Origin: Methanocellales archaeon
GTDB taxonomy: Archaea > Halobacteriota > UBA148 > JAUWXC01
NCBI GenBank assembly: GCA_030018435.1
Contig: JASEEY010000002.1
Location: forward strand, 28,544-92,543
Direction: 5' to 3'
Length of the DNA stretch: 64,000 nucleotides
This document shows positions 54,258-63,944 of the stretch, one piece after another. The position numbers and the translations under genes are program-made. How positions within the stretch are numbered: the first letter of the stretch is position 1; each line of letters opens with the position of its first letter. Under the pieces are notes generated by a model, which did not search any database, was not told where the DNA came from, and worked only from the letters and a program-made list of their open reading frames with translations.

Positions 54258-54423
54258 TGGGCACAACTTCAGGTTTTTGGGACTTAAACTCCGAATAGCC
54301 GCATTTACCACACGATAGACGATCGTCGTGTTCGGCCAAAAAGACGCCAGCGCCGCAACGCGGACACGTCTGCTTCTTCGTTTTTATGGCATCACCGCTG
54401 ACTTCGTAAAATTTGCTGATCAT
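54241..54423 (-). CDS. rps27ae: 30S ribosomal protein S27ae
   Basis: [20 protein letters not shown]. Confidence 0.95.
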   Translation of the reverse strand: MISKFYEVSGDAIKTKKQTCPRCGAGVFLAEHDDRLSCGKCGYSEFKSQKPEVVPNAQKE

Positions 54424-54875
54424 GTTTTGTCTCCCTTGGATTCTTCTTTAACTTCCTCGGCTTTGCCCTCGACTTTCTTTTCCTCTTCTGGCTTCTCTAC
54501 TTTAGCAGCCTTTTCTTTGGGTGCTTCAGCTTTTTCCTTAACTTCCTCTGGCCTTGCCCCTTCCTTGCCCACCTCAACTTTCTTCTCGGCCTCTTCTACC
54601 TTGGGGGCATTGCGCTGGATTATGTAGGCGCGCTCTATACTGTCAAGCTGTTTTTTGGACTTGTAGAGCTTTGCATAGCCGTGTGCTCTTCTTCTGCCGT
54701 ATTCCGAGCGCATTCGTTCGATGATCACCAGCGTTGGCTCTGCGTTCAGCATGGCGGCCAATTTATTTTTTACATCCTCTCTGGCAGGTGTAGGTCCTTC
54801 GTGATGTACATCAAACCATATCTCTTGCCTTTTTAACAATGGATTCGTCTTTTTCTCTATAACCTTGATTTCCAC
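54420..54875 (-). CDS. rps24e: 30S ribosomal protein S24e with a Glu/Lys-rich tail
   Basis: [18 protein letters not shown]. Confidence 0.93.
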   Translation of the reverse strand: MEIKVIEKKTNPLLKRQEIWFDVHHEGPTPAREDVKNKLAAMLNAEPTLVIIERMRSEYGRRRAHGYAKLYKSKKQLDSIERAYIIQRNAPKVEEAEKKVEVGKEGARPEEVKEKAEAPKEKAAKVEKPEEEKKVEGKAEEVKEESKGDKT

Positions 54876-55399
54876 GAATCTCCCTCCATTTGTAGGAGCA
54901 ATGCTCTTGCTTCATCCTTCTTAGCGTTCGTGATATTCACCACTACCACTCCTTCATTCGGCTGTCCATATATGACGACAGACGCTAGTGGAGCAAGGAT
55001 GACCGCGGGCAAGGCAGCAAGGTCTTCCTCACCCTTAACGAAGACCCTGACGGGCCTGTCCGATTTCACGGCCTCCTGTATTGTGAGGATTAATTCTTCT
55101 GTGATTTTCCCAGCCGGATTGGATACTGATTTCATGACGAACTCAGGCGCTTTTGTGCCTTCAATCATTTCCTTTGGGGCTGGCTTTCGCATGACCATCT
55201 CATCTACGATGCCAATGTCAGGAATTGTGCCTGACCTGATCAGGTAAAACGTCACAACATCGCCGACAGAGATGATTTTGGTGGGAGCTACAAAATCACG
55301 CTTGGCATCTTCTATGCACATCGTTTCATTGCCTTTGTAGAGGGTGCCGAACGGCTTTTTTAGTTCTTCCCGTAGTTTTTCTGGTAGGCGTAATGTCAC
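54857..55399 (-). CDS. GTP-dependent dephospho-CoA kinase (DUF359)
   Basis: LKKPFG, VGDVVT, NPAG, GEEDL, YGQP. Confidence 0.92.
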   Translation of the reverse strand: MTLRLPEKLREELKKPFGTLYKGNETMCIEDAKRDFVAPTKIISVGDVVTFYLIRSGTIPDIGIVDEMVMRKPAPKEMIEGTKAPEFVMKSVSNPAGKITEELILTIQEAVKSDRPVRVFVKGEEDLAALPAVILAPLASVVIYGQPNEGVVVVNITNAKKDEARALLLQMEGDSWKSRL

Positions 55400-55400
55400 G

Positions 55401-55583
55401 TTATCGCACCTTCAATGCGTATTTGCCTTCTTTGGTGATGTTCATCTTTTTCGCAATCTCCGACTTTTCCGGATCGATGATGATGACGTATCCCATCCAG
55501 TCAGTGGTCAGCGTGTTGGAGCCGCACGCACATGTGGTGCCCTTTACAATTCTGTGGCATTCCTTGCAAGCTTTTTCTGTCAT
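55401..55583 (-). CDS. spt4: Transcription elongation factor Spt4 (RpoE'')
   Basis: ACKECH...WMGYVIIIDPEKSEIA...YALKVR. Confidence 0.95.
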   Translation of the reverse strand: MTEKACKECHRIVKGTTCACGSNTLTTDWMGYVIIIDPEKSEIAKKMNITKEGKYALKVR

Positions 55584-56146
55584 TTTGCCTCTTCAGCCTC
55601 CTTTTTGCGCATCTCCTCAAGCCATTCTAGTTTGCCTAATGCAGTCTGACGCATGGTCAATCCAATTTTGCTCTCTCTTGGCTCGTGCTCGTTTAAGCTG
55701 ACTGCCACAATTCTCGCCCTGACGCTGTCGCCTTCAGCTAACGACTTGCCGCTTTCCTTGCCAACCAGTCTTGCGTTTTTTTCATCGTACGATATATAAT
55801 CATCAGCGATTTGACTGACGTGAAGCAAACCATCCAAGGGACCAAGGCAAACAAACGCACCAAACTCTGCGACTTCCACGATATTTCCCTCTGTAATTCC
55901 CTGCATCTCAGGTACGTATACGAGTGCATCAAACGTTGCAGTATAATATACTCCTCCATCTCCTGCGAGAATACGCCCCCCTTCGATACCCACAACCTTT
56001 GTCACTGCTACGATGGAGCCGAGCGTTTTGTCCACTCTACCCTCTAATTTTTCCTCAAGCGCCTCTTTAATGACATCCTCTGTCTTGCTGCCCAGTTTCC
56101 CTGGAGGTATTCTGACCGTATCGACAAGTCTCATCTCTTTATACAT
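55580..56146 (-). CDS. rpoE: RNA polymerase subunit E' (Rpo7)
   Basis: GPLDGLLHVSQI, IGLTMRQ..LGKLEW. Confidence 0.96.
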   Translation of the reverse strand: MYKEMRLVDTVRIPPGKLGSKTEDVIKEALEEKLEGRVDKTLGSIVAVTKVVGIEGGRILAGDGGVYYTATFDALVYVPEMQGITEGNIVEVAEFGAFVCLGPLDGLLHVSQIADDYISYDEKNARLVGKESGKSLAEGDSVRARIVAVSLNEHEPRESKIGLTMRQTALGKLEWLEEMRKKEAEEAK

Positions 56147-56181
56147 GTGAGCCCCTTATCGTATCATGATACTATTTATTT

Positions 56182-56547
56182 TTAACCCACACTTAGCCGT
56201 TTTTTCTGGCGTAAATATATGGTGGTTATGCCATTCTCCTTTAGCTGTTTCCTCAGCACAGCATCATTTGTGAGGACGGCAACGTTCATATCCTTTGCCA
56301 TTTGGATGATCGCATCATCTGCTTCCTTCCTACTTTCAATGATTTTGCATCGTGACATCAGCAATAGGGCGACGGATGCCGCAATTTTGTCTTTGCCCTT
56401 TGCGTGCGCCTGCAACGTTTCCAGTTCTTTGATGACCGGTCTTGGTATTAGGAATTGGTCATAGCCCAGTCTTTCCAGTTCGGCGAATACATCGACGCCG
56501 AACTGCCCGGGAATCATCAACGCATTAGAGTCGAGAATCACCTTCAT
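56182..56547 (-). CDS. PIN-domain protein (Fcf1/Utp24-like)
   Basis: [15 protein letters not shown]; conserved position between eif2g and rpoE. Confidence 0.9.
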   Translation of the reverse strand: MKVILDSNALMIPGQFGVDVFAELERLGYDQFLIPRPVIKELETLQAHAKGKDKIAASVALLLMSRCKIIESRKEADDAIIQMAKDMNVAVLTNDAVLRKQLKENGITTIYLRQKKRLSVG

Positions 56548-57770
56548 TCCCTTAGTACCCCTACGCCTATAAGGCGCCATCTGGCACCGATTTGTCTGCT
56601 AATTGCGATCCTGGAGCCGACCTTCGCGCATACGGGGCGCTTCAATTTGACTTCAGCCTCGTCCTCTCTTGCAGAAGAAACGATGCCTACGGTGGTGGCA
56701 GTTCCCACATTGAGCATCAAGGGCTCGCTTGTCTTGATCGGCGTGACCTCTGCCTCATCTGTGGCGCCAACGACCCTTTCGAGCAATTGCACATCCATGG
56801 TGAAGCTATCCCAGACTGGTGGAAGTGTGCCAGGACGACCTGCTACCTGTCCTGCCAGTGTGTCGCTTTTTGTCATCGCTGGATCCAGAGCAGTTCCAAC
56901 ACCCAACAAACCACCGGGTGTAGCTTCTTTTACCTTCTCCCCCCCTACCATCATCGACGTAATCTCAGTGTTAATCGGTTTCCAGCTCGTTTTGCCCTCA
57001 AAATCCACTTTCCTGCCAGGTTTGATCTCGAGCTGGTCTTTCGCCCTTAGACATCCTTGGCTTAGCGATCCGCCAATGACCCCACCGAGAATTTTATCTG
57101 GTGGCGTGCCAGGTTTGTTGACATCAAACGAGCGGGCGATGAACATTTGTGCTTGTTTGTTCAAATCGCGTTTTGGCGTAGGGATGTTCTCCTCGATTGC
57201 CTTGATCAATACGTCGATGTTCGTGCTCTGTTGTGCTGAAATCGGTATGATGGGCGCATTTTCTGCGATGGTGCCTTTTATGAACTCCTTAATCTGATGA
57301 TAGTGCTTGATGGCATCATCTCTTGATACGAGATCGATTTTGTTCTGAACGATTACGATCTTTTTGATGCCGATTATGTCCAGTGCCATCAGATGTTCCT
57401 TCGTTTGCGGTTGCGGGCAGGATTCTGTTGCAGCGATGACAAGCACGGCACCGTCCATGATCGCAGCACCGGATAGCATCGTTGCCATCAGCGTTTCATG
57501 TCCTGGTGCGTCGACAAAGGAGACAGTTCTCAGTTCTTCTGTCGTAGAGTTGCAGTGCGGACACTTTTCCTGAGTCGTATAACAGTCCGGCTCATTGCAC
57601 TTGGGACATTTTCGAAATGTGGTATCTGCATAGCCCAGGCGTATCGAAATGCCCCTTTTTAGCTCCTCGCTGTGCCTATCGGTCCAAACACCTGATATGG
57701 CTTTGACCAATGTGGTTTTGCCATGATCTACGTGGCCAATCATGCCGATGTTCACACAAGGTTTTTTCAC
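56544..57770 (-). CDS. eif2g: Translation initiation factor 2 gamma
   Basis: [30 protein letters not shown]; GTG start after GGAGG. Confidence 0.97.
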   Translation of the reverse strand: MKKPCVNIGMIGHVDHGKTTLVKAISGVWTDRHSEELKRGISIRLGYADTTFRKCPKCNEPDCYTTQEKCPHCNSTTEELRTVSFVDAPGHETLMATMLSGAAIMDGAVLVIAATESCPQPQTKEHLMALDIIGIKKIVIVQNKIDLVSRDDAIKHYHQIKEFIKGTIAENAPIIPISAQQSTNIDVLIKAIEENIPTPKRDLNKQAQMFIARSFDVNKPGTPPDKILGGVIGGSLSQGCLRAKDQLEIKPGRKVDFEGKTSWKPINTEITSMMVGGEKVKEATPGGLLGVGTALDPAMTKSDTLAGQVAGRPGTLPPVWDSFTMDVQLLERVVGATDEAEVTPIKTSEPLMLNVGTATTVGIVSSAREDEAEVKLKRPVCAKVGSRIAISRQIGARWRLIGVGVLRE

Positions 57771-57963
57771 GCTTGCAGTTCCTCCATAACTCCCCATTAG
57801 CGCAGTATGGTTTTGATGAAATGACGATTAAAGTAATAGCGCTAAAGCAGGATATATCTTCTCATTCATCGCATATAATAGCTTGGGTCGTCTCTCTGTG
57901 CTCAACTGCCAAAATGGTAACATATAAGATGTCTAATTTATAACGATGTATCGGAGGTGAAAT

Positions 57964-58245
57964 ATGCTATCAGAAATTCCCATTAATCTTGAGAGGGTAA
58001 AAAAGGAAGACTTGGATAAAGAGATACTGAGAGTCGGGATGATAGCTGAACTAGATGCCGTAAGTCTTTATGAGCAAATGGCAGCCATGACTGAAAATGG
58101 AAATATCAAGAAAGTTCTTTTGGACATAGCAAAAGAAGAAAAGACGCACGTGGGAGAATTCCAAGCCTTGCTATTAGAAGAGGATGAAGAGCAAGAAAAA
58201 GAGCTGGAAGAAGGTAAAAAAGAGGTTGACGAGTTAAAAGAATAA
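57964..58245 (+). CDS. Small ferritin-like protein
   Basis: IAELDAVSLYEQ...DIAKEEKTHVGEF. Confidence 0.85.
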   Translation: MLSEIPINLERVKKEDLDKEILRVGMIAELDAVSLYEQMAAMTENGNIKKVLLDIAKEEKTHVGEFQALLLEEDEEQEKELEEGKKEVDELKE

Positions 58246-58261
58246 GTGCGAGAGTACTGAT

Positions 58262-58495
58262 ATGGATATCACCATCTATACCACGCCGACTTGCCCCTTC
58301 TGTCACAGGTTAAAGGATTTTTTAACGACCAACAAAATTCAGTTTAAGGAAGTCGATGTCAGTAAAAGTCAAGAGGCTGCGGAGCAGCTTATTGAAAAAA
58401 GCGGACAGATTGGTGTACCCGTGATTGAAATAGATGGGGAGACCATCGTTGACTTTGATGTTCAGAAACTTAAGGAAAAACTGAAAATCAAATGA
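58262..58495 (+). CDS. Glutaredoxin/NrdH-redoxin
   Basis: YTTPTCPFC, SGQIGVPVI. Confidence 0.92.
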   Translation: MDITIYTTPTCPFCHRLKDFLTTNKIQFKEVDVSKSQEAAEQLIEKSGQIGVPVIEIDGETIVDFDVQKLKEKLKIK

Positions 58496-59417
58496 ACATG
58501 ATCTACGATTTGATAATAATCGGAGCTGGACCAGCAGGTATCACAGCCGCTATTTATGCCGCCAGAAAAGGGTTGAAATTTTTGGTGCTTTCTCAAGATG
58601 TTGGAGGCCAGGTTACGAAAAGTTCAATTGTGGAAAATTATACCGGATATCAAGAGATAACTGGAGAGGAATTGGCGAGAAAATTTGAGGAACATTTAAA
58701 AGAATTTAAATTTGATTTTAAAGAGACTGAGGTTACAAATGTTCAAAAAGGAAAAGATGGCTTTTTAGTAGAAACTGAGCATGAAAAATTTAAAAGCAAG
58801 ACTGTGATAATCGCTACTGGCGCCAAGCCGAGATTGTTAAATGTCGAAGGAGAAAACGAATTAAAAAATAGGGGAGTTACTTATTGTGCGACCTGCGATG
58901 CCCCCCTATTCGCTAATAAAGACGTGGCTGTTGTAGGAGGGGAAACTCCGCTCTTGAGTCAACGCTGCAGTTGATCAACATCGCTAAAAAAGTATATCTA
59001 ATCAACAGAGGGGACGAACTAACTGGAGATAAGGTGTTGGCAGAAAAAGTAAAAGCGAGTCCCAGGGTGGGAATTCTCAACAACGCTAATACAACGGCCA
59101 TATTGGGAGATAAATTTGTTAAAGGAATACGAATTGATCAAAAGGGCAAAGAAAAAGAAATAGACGTTCAGGGCGTTTTTGTCAACATAGGCTATATTCC
59201 GAGTACTGATATAGCAAGAGATTTGGTTAAACTCAATCCAATGGGCGAAATCGAAATAGATTCCAGCAATCAGACAAGCATTCCAGGCATTTTTGCCGCC
59301 GGGGATTGTACCAACGTTCCTTATAAACAAATAATAACTGCAGCAGGGGAAGGAGCCAAGGCATCTTTAAACGTCTTTAAATATCTTGCAAAAAAGCCAA
59401 AGGAGGTGAAAACATGA
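58492..59417 (+). pseudogene. trxB: Thioredoxin reductase with a single frameshift near 58940
   Basis: GAGPAG, CATCD; GGGNSA motif broken (GGA GGG GAA ACT); the second ORF continues with FAAGD...AAGEG. Confidence 0.85.
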
Positions 59418-59797
59418 CCGAACTAAAACAGATTTACAGATGCAATGTCTGTGGAAACATGGTTGAGGTGTTGCATGCTGGTGTGGGAGAACTCGTTTGC
59501 TGCAGCCAGCCGATGGAGTTGCTGGGGGAAAAGACGGAAGACGTTGGTAAAGAGAAGCACGTGCCGGTGATCGAAAAGACGACATCTGGAGTAAAGGTGA
59601 AGGTTGGATCGATGTCGCATCCTATGGAAGAAACACATTATATCGAATGGATCGAGATACTCGCAGGTGGTGCAGATGGAAAGGTTTACAGAAAATTCCT
59701 TAGATCAGGAGATGCGCCAGAAGCCCAATTCGAGATAAGCGCAAATAAAATCGAGGCAAGAGCTTACTGTAACGTTCACGGATTGTGGAAGTCTTAA
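59414..59797 (+). CDS. dfx: Desulfoferrodoxin (superoxide reductase)
   Basis: [30 protein letters not shown]. Confidence 0.95.
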   Translation: MTELKQIYRCNVCGNMVEVLHAGVGELVCCSQPMELLGEKTEDVGKEKHVPVIEKTTSGVKVKVGSMSHPMEETHYIEWIEILAGGADGKVYRKFLRSGDAPEAQFEISANKIEARAYCNVHGLWKS

Positions 59798-59972
59798 GAA
59801 TCTTAAATGTCACTCAACACTCTCGACAAAGACAACCTTTTTCTTGGTAAAATTCAAGGAATTTAAATTCAAAAATGATATCCCAGGAGTTGTTTATTTT
59901 GGCTCAATATAGTGGTATTCCCTCAGCCCAACGCTTCGTCGCTTCGCTCCTCGCCCTCACTTCGTTCGGGTC

Positions 59973-60057
59973 ATATAACAGACGCATATCTGGCTACGCT
60001 ACGCTCCGCCCAAATTCGCCCTTCGGGCGAACTTCAGATATGCGTCAGCCGTTAAGT
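59973..60057 (+). mobile_element. Integron attC-like recombination site (solitary)
   Basis: ATATAAC...GTTAAGT ends, 12-bp arms gacgcatatctg/cagatatgcgtc, inner ttcgccc-ttc-gggcgaa hairpin. Confidence 0.6.
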
Positions 60058-60258
60058 GAAATTGTGGGCTTCGATTTTCTTCACGGCATAACCATCATCT
60101 TCCGGGTGCCTTTCCAAGGAACGAAGATAGTCGTCAGCTATTTGAATTGCTTGCTCATCGGTGATGGTGGCATCTGGTCTACTCATCCAGTATCCGCAGA
60201 TCAGGATGCCAATCGCTACTGCGATTATTCCTATTGAAACGATTTTCCGTTTATTCAT
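60052..60258 (-). pseudogene. Secreted/membrane-anchored protein, probably truncated at the attC-like site
   Basis: N-terminal signal/TM segment, then ITDEQAIQIA (PepSY-like helix); stop lies inside the GTTAAG end of the element. Confidence 0.5.
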
Positions 60259-60307
60259 TCCTAACAGAAATTATTATTATATGACCATATTTAAGGATAT
60301 AATAACT

Positions 60308-60910
60308 ATGGACTACCTATCTCTCTTCAGTTCGGATGTATACACATGGGTCATCTTGCCACTGCTTATTTTTATCGCGCGAGTTTGTGATGTTAGCCTT
60401 GGAACCATTCGAATTATCTTTATTTCGAGGGGCATGAAGTACTTAGCTCCATTTGTTGGCTTTTTTGAGATAATGGTTTGGCTCCTTGCCATTGGACAAA
60501 TTATGCAAAATCTAACCAATATCGCCTGTTATGTCGCTTATGCTGGAGGCTTTGCCCTGGGGACTTTTGCTGGAGTTTACATAGAAGAGAAATTGGCAAT
60601 GGGCGTATTGCTTGTTCGAATTATTACCAAAAAAGATGCATCTGAATTAATAGATTTTCTTAAATCTGCAGATTACGGGGTTACGAGCGTCGCTGCTCAG
60701 AGCAATGCTGGGCAAGTACACATCATTTACATTACTGTAAAACGCAGTGATCTTCAAGATGTTGTTGGAATCATTAAAAAGCTTCATCCGAAAGCATTTT
60801 ACACAATAGTAGATATCAAGTCTGTAAGCGAAGAGGTATTCCCATTGGAAAAACCTCGTTACGAAAGAAATTATCTAGGTTTACTTAGATTACGCCGAAA
60901 AGGAAAATGA
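60308..60910 (+). CDS. DUF2179/UPF0316 membrane protein
   Basis: IFIARVCDVSLGTIR, GFFE, YAGGFALG, EEKLAMG, GVT, PKAF. Confidence 0.9.
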   Translation: MDYLSLFSSDVYTWVILPLLIFIARVCDVSLGTIRIIFISRGMKYLAPFVGFFEIMVWLLAIGQIMQNLTNIACYVAYAGGFALGTFAGVYIEEKLAMGVLLVRIITKKDASELIDFLKSADYGVTSVAAQSNAGQVHIIYITVKRSDLQDVVGIIKKLHPKAFYTIVDIKSVSEEVFPLEKPRYERNYLGLLRLRRKGK

Positions 60911-61070
60911 TTGGTATCAACGATAGATGGATGGACTGAATGGATCCGTCAACCAAATTTGCTTGACCCTCTAATTGTCAACCATTTTCACTTTACTGAG
61001 AAGTCGGGGGTGAAAGTGATTTTTTAAGGCTAAATGACCAGAAATGTTAAATATCTTATATCTTTATACT

Positions 61071-61139
61071 ATGGTATAGAGCATAGTAAAGGGTATTGTG
61101 TAGAGTATGGTAAAGTATTGTAGAGAGTATTCAGAATAT
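61071..61139. promoter_or_regulatory. Short degenerate direct repeats upstream of the RHH antitoxin (putative operator array)
   Basis: tagagcat / taaagggtat / tagagtat / taaagtat / gagagtat. Confidence 0.45.
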
Positions 61140-61150
61140 CAGGAGGAAAC

Positions 61151-61345
61151 ATGGAATCAATTCCCGCAAAATTGACGCCTAAACTGATCACGGAGTTAGA
61201 TGAATTGGTCAAGGAAGGCTGGTACTCTAACCGAAGCGAAGCCATAAGAGATGCCGTTCGCGAGCTGGTAGAGAGAAAGAAATTGGAGCTCTTAGAGGAA
61301 GCCATAGAAGAGGATATCAGATGGGGCCTGTATGGCAAGGATTAA
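61151..61345 (+). CDS. Ribbon-helix-helix antitoxin
   Basis: LDELVKEGWYSNRSEAIRDAVR. Confidence 0.9.
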   Translation: MESIPAKLTPKLITELDELVKEGWYSNRSEAIRDAVRELVERKKLELLEEAIEEDIRWGLYGKD

Positions 61346-61811
61346 AGCCGTCTCCAACTTCGGTCCTCTCATACATCTGCATGAGATCGACTGCGTTGAA
61401 ACATTGAAAATTTTCGATGTGATTATATCTTCTAAGGTGAAAAGCGAGCTGAGGGGTATAGAAGTACCGGGTGTCAAGATTCAGCCCCTGACCGAGAAGG
61501 GAAAAAATAGAGCTGCCATGTTGGTTAGAAAATACGGCATAGAGTTGGGAGAAGCTTCCGCCATTGCTTTAGCTGAGCACAGCGGAATAAAACTATTTCT
61601 CACAGATGACTTAGATGCTAGACTTGTCGCCAAACGTCTCAACCTAGAGCCCCATGGATCGATGGGCATCCTTTTGAGAGCATTCAGAGAAGGCATCCTA
61701 ACGAAAAAGGAAGTTGTGAAAAAGGTGGAAGAACTGGAGACGAAAAGCTCTCTTTTTATCACTCACGATCTTATTAAAAAGACGATCAAGGAGATTGAAA
61801 GGTATAAGTGA
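61332..61811 (+). CDS. PIN-domain toxin (DUF3368 type)
   Basis: VSNFGPLIHL, GEASAIALA, LTDDLDAR, HGSMGIL. Confidence 0.87.
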   Translation: MARIKAVSNFGPLIHLHEIDCVETLKIFDVIISSKVKSELRGIEVPGVKIQPLTEKGKNRAAMLVRKYGIELGEASAIALAEHSGIKLFLTDDLDARLVAKRLNLEPHGSMGILLRAFREGILTKKEVVKKVEELETKSSLFITHDLIKKTIKEIERYK

Positions 61812-61850
61812 GTCTTGCTTGGGGAGTGAAACTGATTCTTGTGTGAAGCA

Positions 61851-62237
61851 TCATCTCACGTACTTCCTGGTCCATTTCACGAATTTAATCGCATCCCTGA
61901 CCAAATCTTGTGCAATACGTTTGCTCACCATTCTTCCAGAATAGCCAACCTCTGATTTGGAGGCAAGTGCGTCTCTTAAAATTCCTCTATGCGAGGAGTC
62001 GCCTATCACTCCTGCAGCCTCTATGTGCGTTTTTATCGCCTCCCTATGGTCTTTGCTGGCTCTCTTTCCTATAATGAAGGTGGTGAAGGCGTCGTTCGCA
62101 TTTATGATCGCCTGTATTGCATTCAGCCCGGCAGCATTGAACCTTGATTTGAGCAACGCATCCCTAGCTTCGTCTAAAAACTCGTCGGCTTTTGACAGAT
62201 AGTTCTCCGCATCTTCCTTTTTGATTACTCTAACCAT
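61851..62237 (-). CDS. HEPN-domain toxin
   Basis: YLSKADEFL...AIQAIINANDA...KDH...VGY; paired with an MNT gene. Confidence 0.85.
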   Translation of the reverse strand: MVRVIKKEDAENYLSKADEFLDEARDALLKSRFNAAGLNAIQAIINANDAFTTFIIGKRASKDHREAIKTHIEAAGVIGDSSHRGILRDALASKSEVGYSGRMVSKRIAQDLVRDAIKFVKWTRKYVR

Positions 62238-62827
62238 GCCCTATCTCCTAAGGATTTTCCAAACAAAACCCTTCCTTCGTCCTCTACCCCGAGGATGAAA
62301 CTGTTACATTCCTTCTTCATTTTTTCAACCTCTCTTTTTGAGTAAAAAACCGGGACGATATTTATGTCCTGTTCGAGATATCCATCGATGAGTTTGTTTA
62401 CGTTTTTCTTGACAATCCCAGGATTTTTGTCATAAATAATCAAAACATCAACATCGCTTCTTCCGGTTGCCTCGCCCCTGGCGACGGAGCCAAAAAGGAT
62501 TATCGAGACGATATCAGTTTTATCGACATTTTTTGCAAAATCCATGGCAGCATCCAATAATGCCCCCTCCTCCGCCGAAAAAATCTCAACGATCTTCTTG
62601 ACAATGGGATTTCTACGATTTATTCTATAGAGGGTTGACCTGCCAGCTTTTCTGGATAAAATGATTCTCAGCCGGACCAGATCTGATAGCGACGGGTAAA
62701 TGGTGCCGGGGGAGTGTCCCATGATCCTTATCAGGTCATCCAAGCAAAATTCTCTATCCGGAGAATCGTAAAAAACCCTGAGTAATTTGATCTTCGATTT
62801 TGATCCCAAAACGTTCTCAATTAACAT
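62225..62827 (-). CDS. wHTH plus minimal nucleotidyltransferase (MNT) antitoxin
   Basis: N-terminal HTH; LFGSVARGE...SDVDVL. Confidence 0.9.
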   Translation of the reverse strand: MLIENVLGSKSKIKLLRVFYDSPDREFCLDDLIRIMGHSPGTIYPSLSDLVRLRIILSRKAGRSTLYRINRRNPIVKKIVEIFSAEEGALLDAAMDFAKNVDKTDIVSIILFGSVARGEATGRSDVDVLIIYDKNPGIVKKNVNKLIDGYLEQDINIVPVFYSKREVEKMKKECNSFILGVEDEGRVLFGKSLGDRAWLE

Positions 62828-62871
62828 AACAATTCAATAATTGACGATCAGGTTTAAATATCTATCGATTT

Positions 62872-62890
62872 TTCCGATACAATATCGGAT
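62872..62890. promoter_or_regulatory. Inverted-repeat operator upstream of the MNT gene
   Basis: tccgata-caa-tatcgga next to a TTTAAA box. Confidence 0.5.
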
Positions 62891-62919
62891 TTTTCAATTC
62901 AGAAATCATAATAGATATG

Positions 62920-63195
62920 CTATTTTTTATCCTTCTCGACTATTTTCCTGAGTTCCGCAGCTCTGGATGGAGTTATGAGCTTTCTTTCCACTAGGTCATC
63001 AATGCATTTTGATGCATATTCGCACCAGCTAACGCATGATGGCGTGGCTTCTCTATGCAACGTTCTCCCGCAAGAAGGACATGCTACTTCGGTCTCATAG
63101 CCAAAAAACTCCACTTCCTCTCCACAGGCCGGACACGTTCTCAATATTAGCTCCGGCCACACAACGTCTCTAACACCAGGGCATCTCTTCCACAT
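62920..63195 (-). CDS. Small Cys-rich double zinc-ribbon protein
   Basis: CPG..CPACGEEVEFF..CPSCG..PSCVSWC...C. Confidence 0.75.
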   Translation of the reverse strand: MWKRCPGVRDVVWPELILRTCPACGEEVEFFGYETEVACPSCGRTLHREATPSCVSWCEYASKCIDDLVERKLITPSRAAELRKIVEKDKK

Positions 63196-63209
63196 ATTTC
63201 ATCCCATCT

Positions 63210-63944
63210 TTAGAACTCGAAAACCATGCCATCATAACCAAGCGGCCATTTTTTGGATGCGCTATCATGGGGTCCAAAGAAATGTCCAACATGCGTTAAC
63301 ACGATTTGTTTAGCATTCAACTTTTTGCCCAGGGCGAGTGCTTGCGCCGCATTCATGTGCTTCTTGAGTCTGAAGGTGGGGGCAAGAGCATCGGCGATGA
63401 GAACGTCTGCATCTTCCATCATCTTTAGACTCTTCCCTGGAATCTCCTTGTTCGTATCGCCCGTGATCACGACGGTCTTGTCACAGTCTGAAACCCTGAC
63501 GCCCACCGCATTCTCAAAGGGCGGGTGAGTTACCCTGAGCAAGGTGAACTCCAGGCCGATCAGTGAAAAGGGTTCATACAATGCTACGTCATGCCGCTTG
63601 TAATTCATGAAGTGAAATGTTTCCAGTATGTAGTCCAACGTCTCCTTGATGCCGTAGACGTCAACGCTCTTCTGAATCCTGTAGAAATCGCCGAAGCCGG
63701 CATAATGGTCGTAGTGGGGATGCGTCCAGATCACGCCATCAACGGCGGAAACGTTGGCATTGAGCAGCTGCGTCCTCATATCAGGACTGGTGTCGATCAA
63801 CACATGCCCTTCACCTTCTACCAATATCGAGAAGCGGGACCTGTAGCTTCGACCCCCGTCTTTAGCGTCCATACACGCTGAGCAGCTGCAGCCAATTGTT
63901 GGTGTACCGGGTGTATCTCCTGTTCCCAACAACCTGATCTTCAT
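63210..63944 (-). CDS. MBL-fold hydrolase (PhnP-like)
   Basis: LLGTG..P.IGCSC..C, THPHYDH, GDT, HM, THVGH. Confidence 0.9.
   Translation of the reverse strand: MKIRLLGTGDTPGTPTIGCSCSACMDAKDGGRSYRSRFSILVEGEGHVLIDTSPDMRTQLLNANVSAVDGVIWTHPHYDHYAGFGDFYRIQKSVDVYGIKETLDYILETFHFMNYKRHDVALYEPFSLIGLEFTLLRVTHPPFENAVGVRVSDCDKTVVITGDTNKEIPGKSLKMMEDADVLIADALAPTFRLKKHMNAAQALALGKKLNAKQIVLTHVGHFFGPHDSASKKWPLGYDGMVFEF

Noticed and set aside
58938-58946. GGGAAAC as a programmed -1 frameshift site in trxB
   Set aside because: The heptamer is out of phase with the upstream reading frame; a simple G deletion explains it.
59875-60237. 120-aa plus-strand ORF
   Set aside because: Translates across the attC-like palindrome and antisense to a more plausible ORF.
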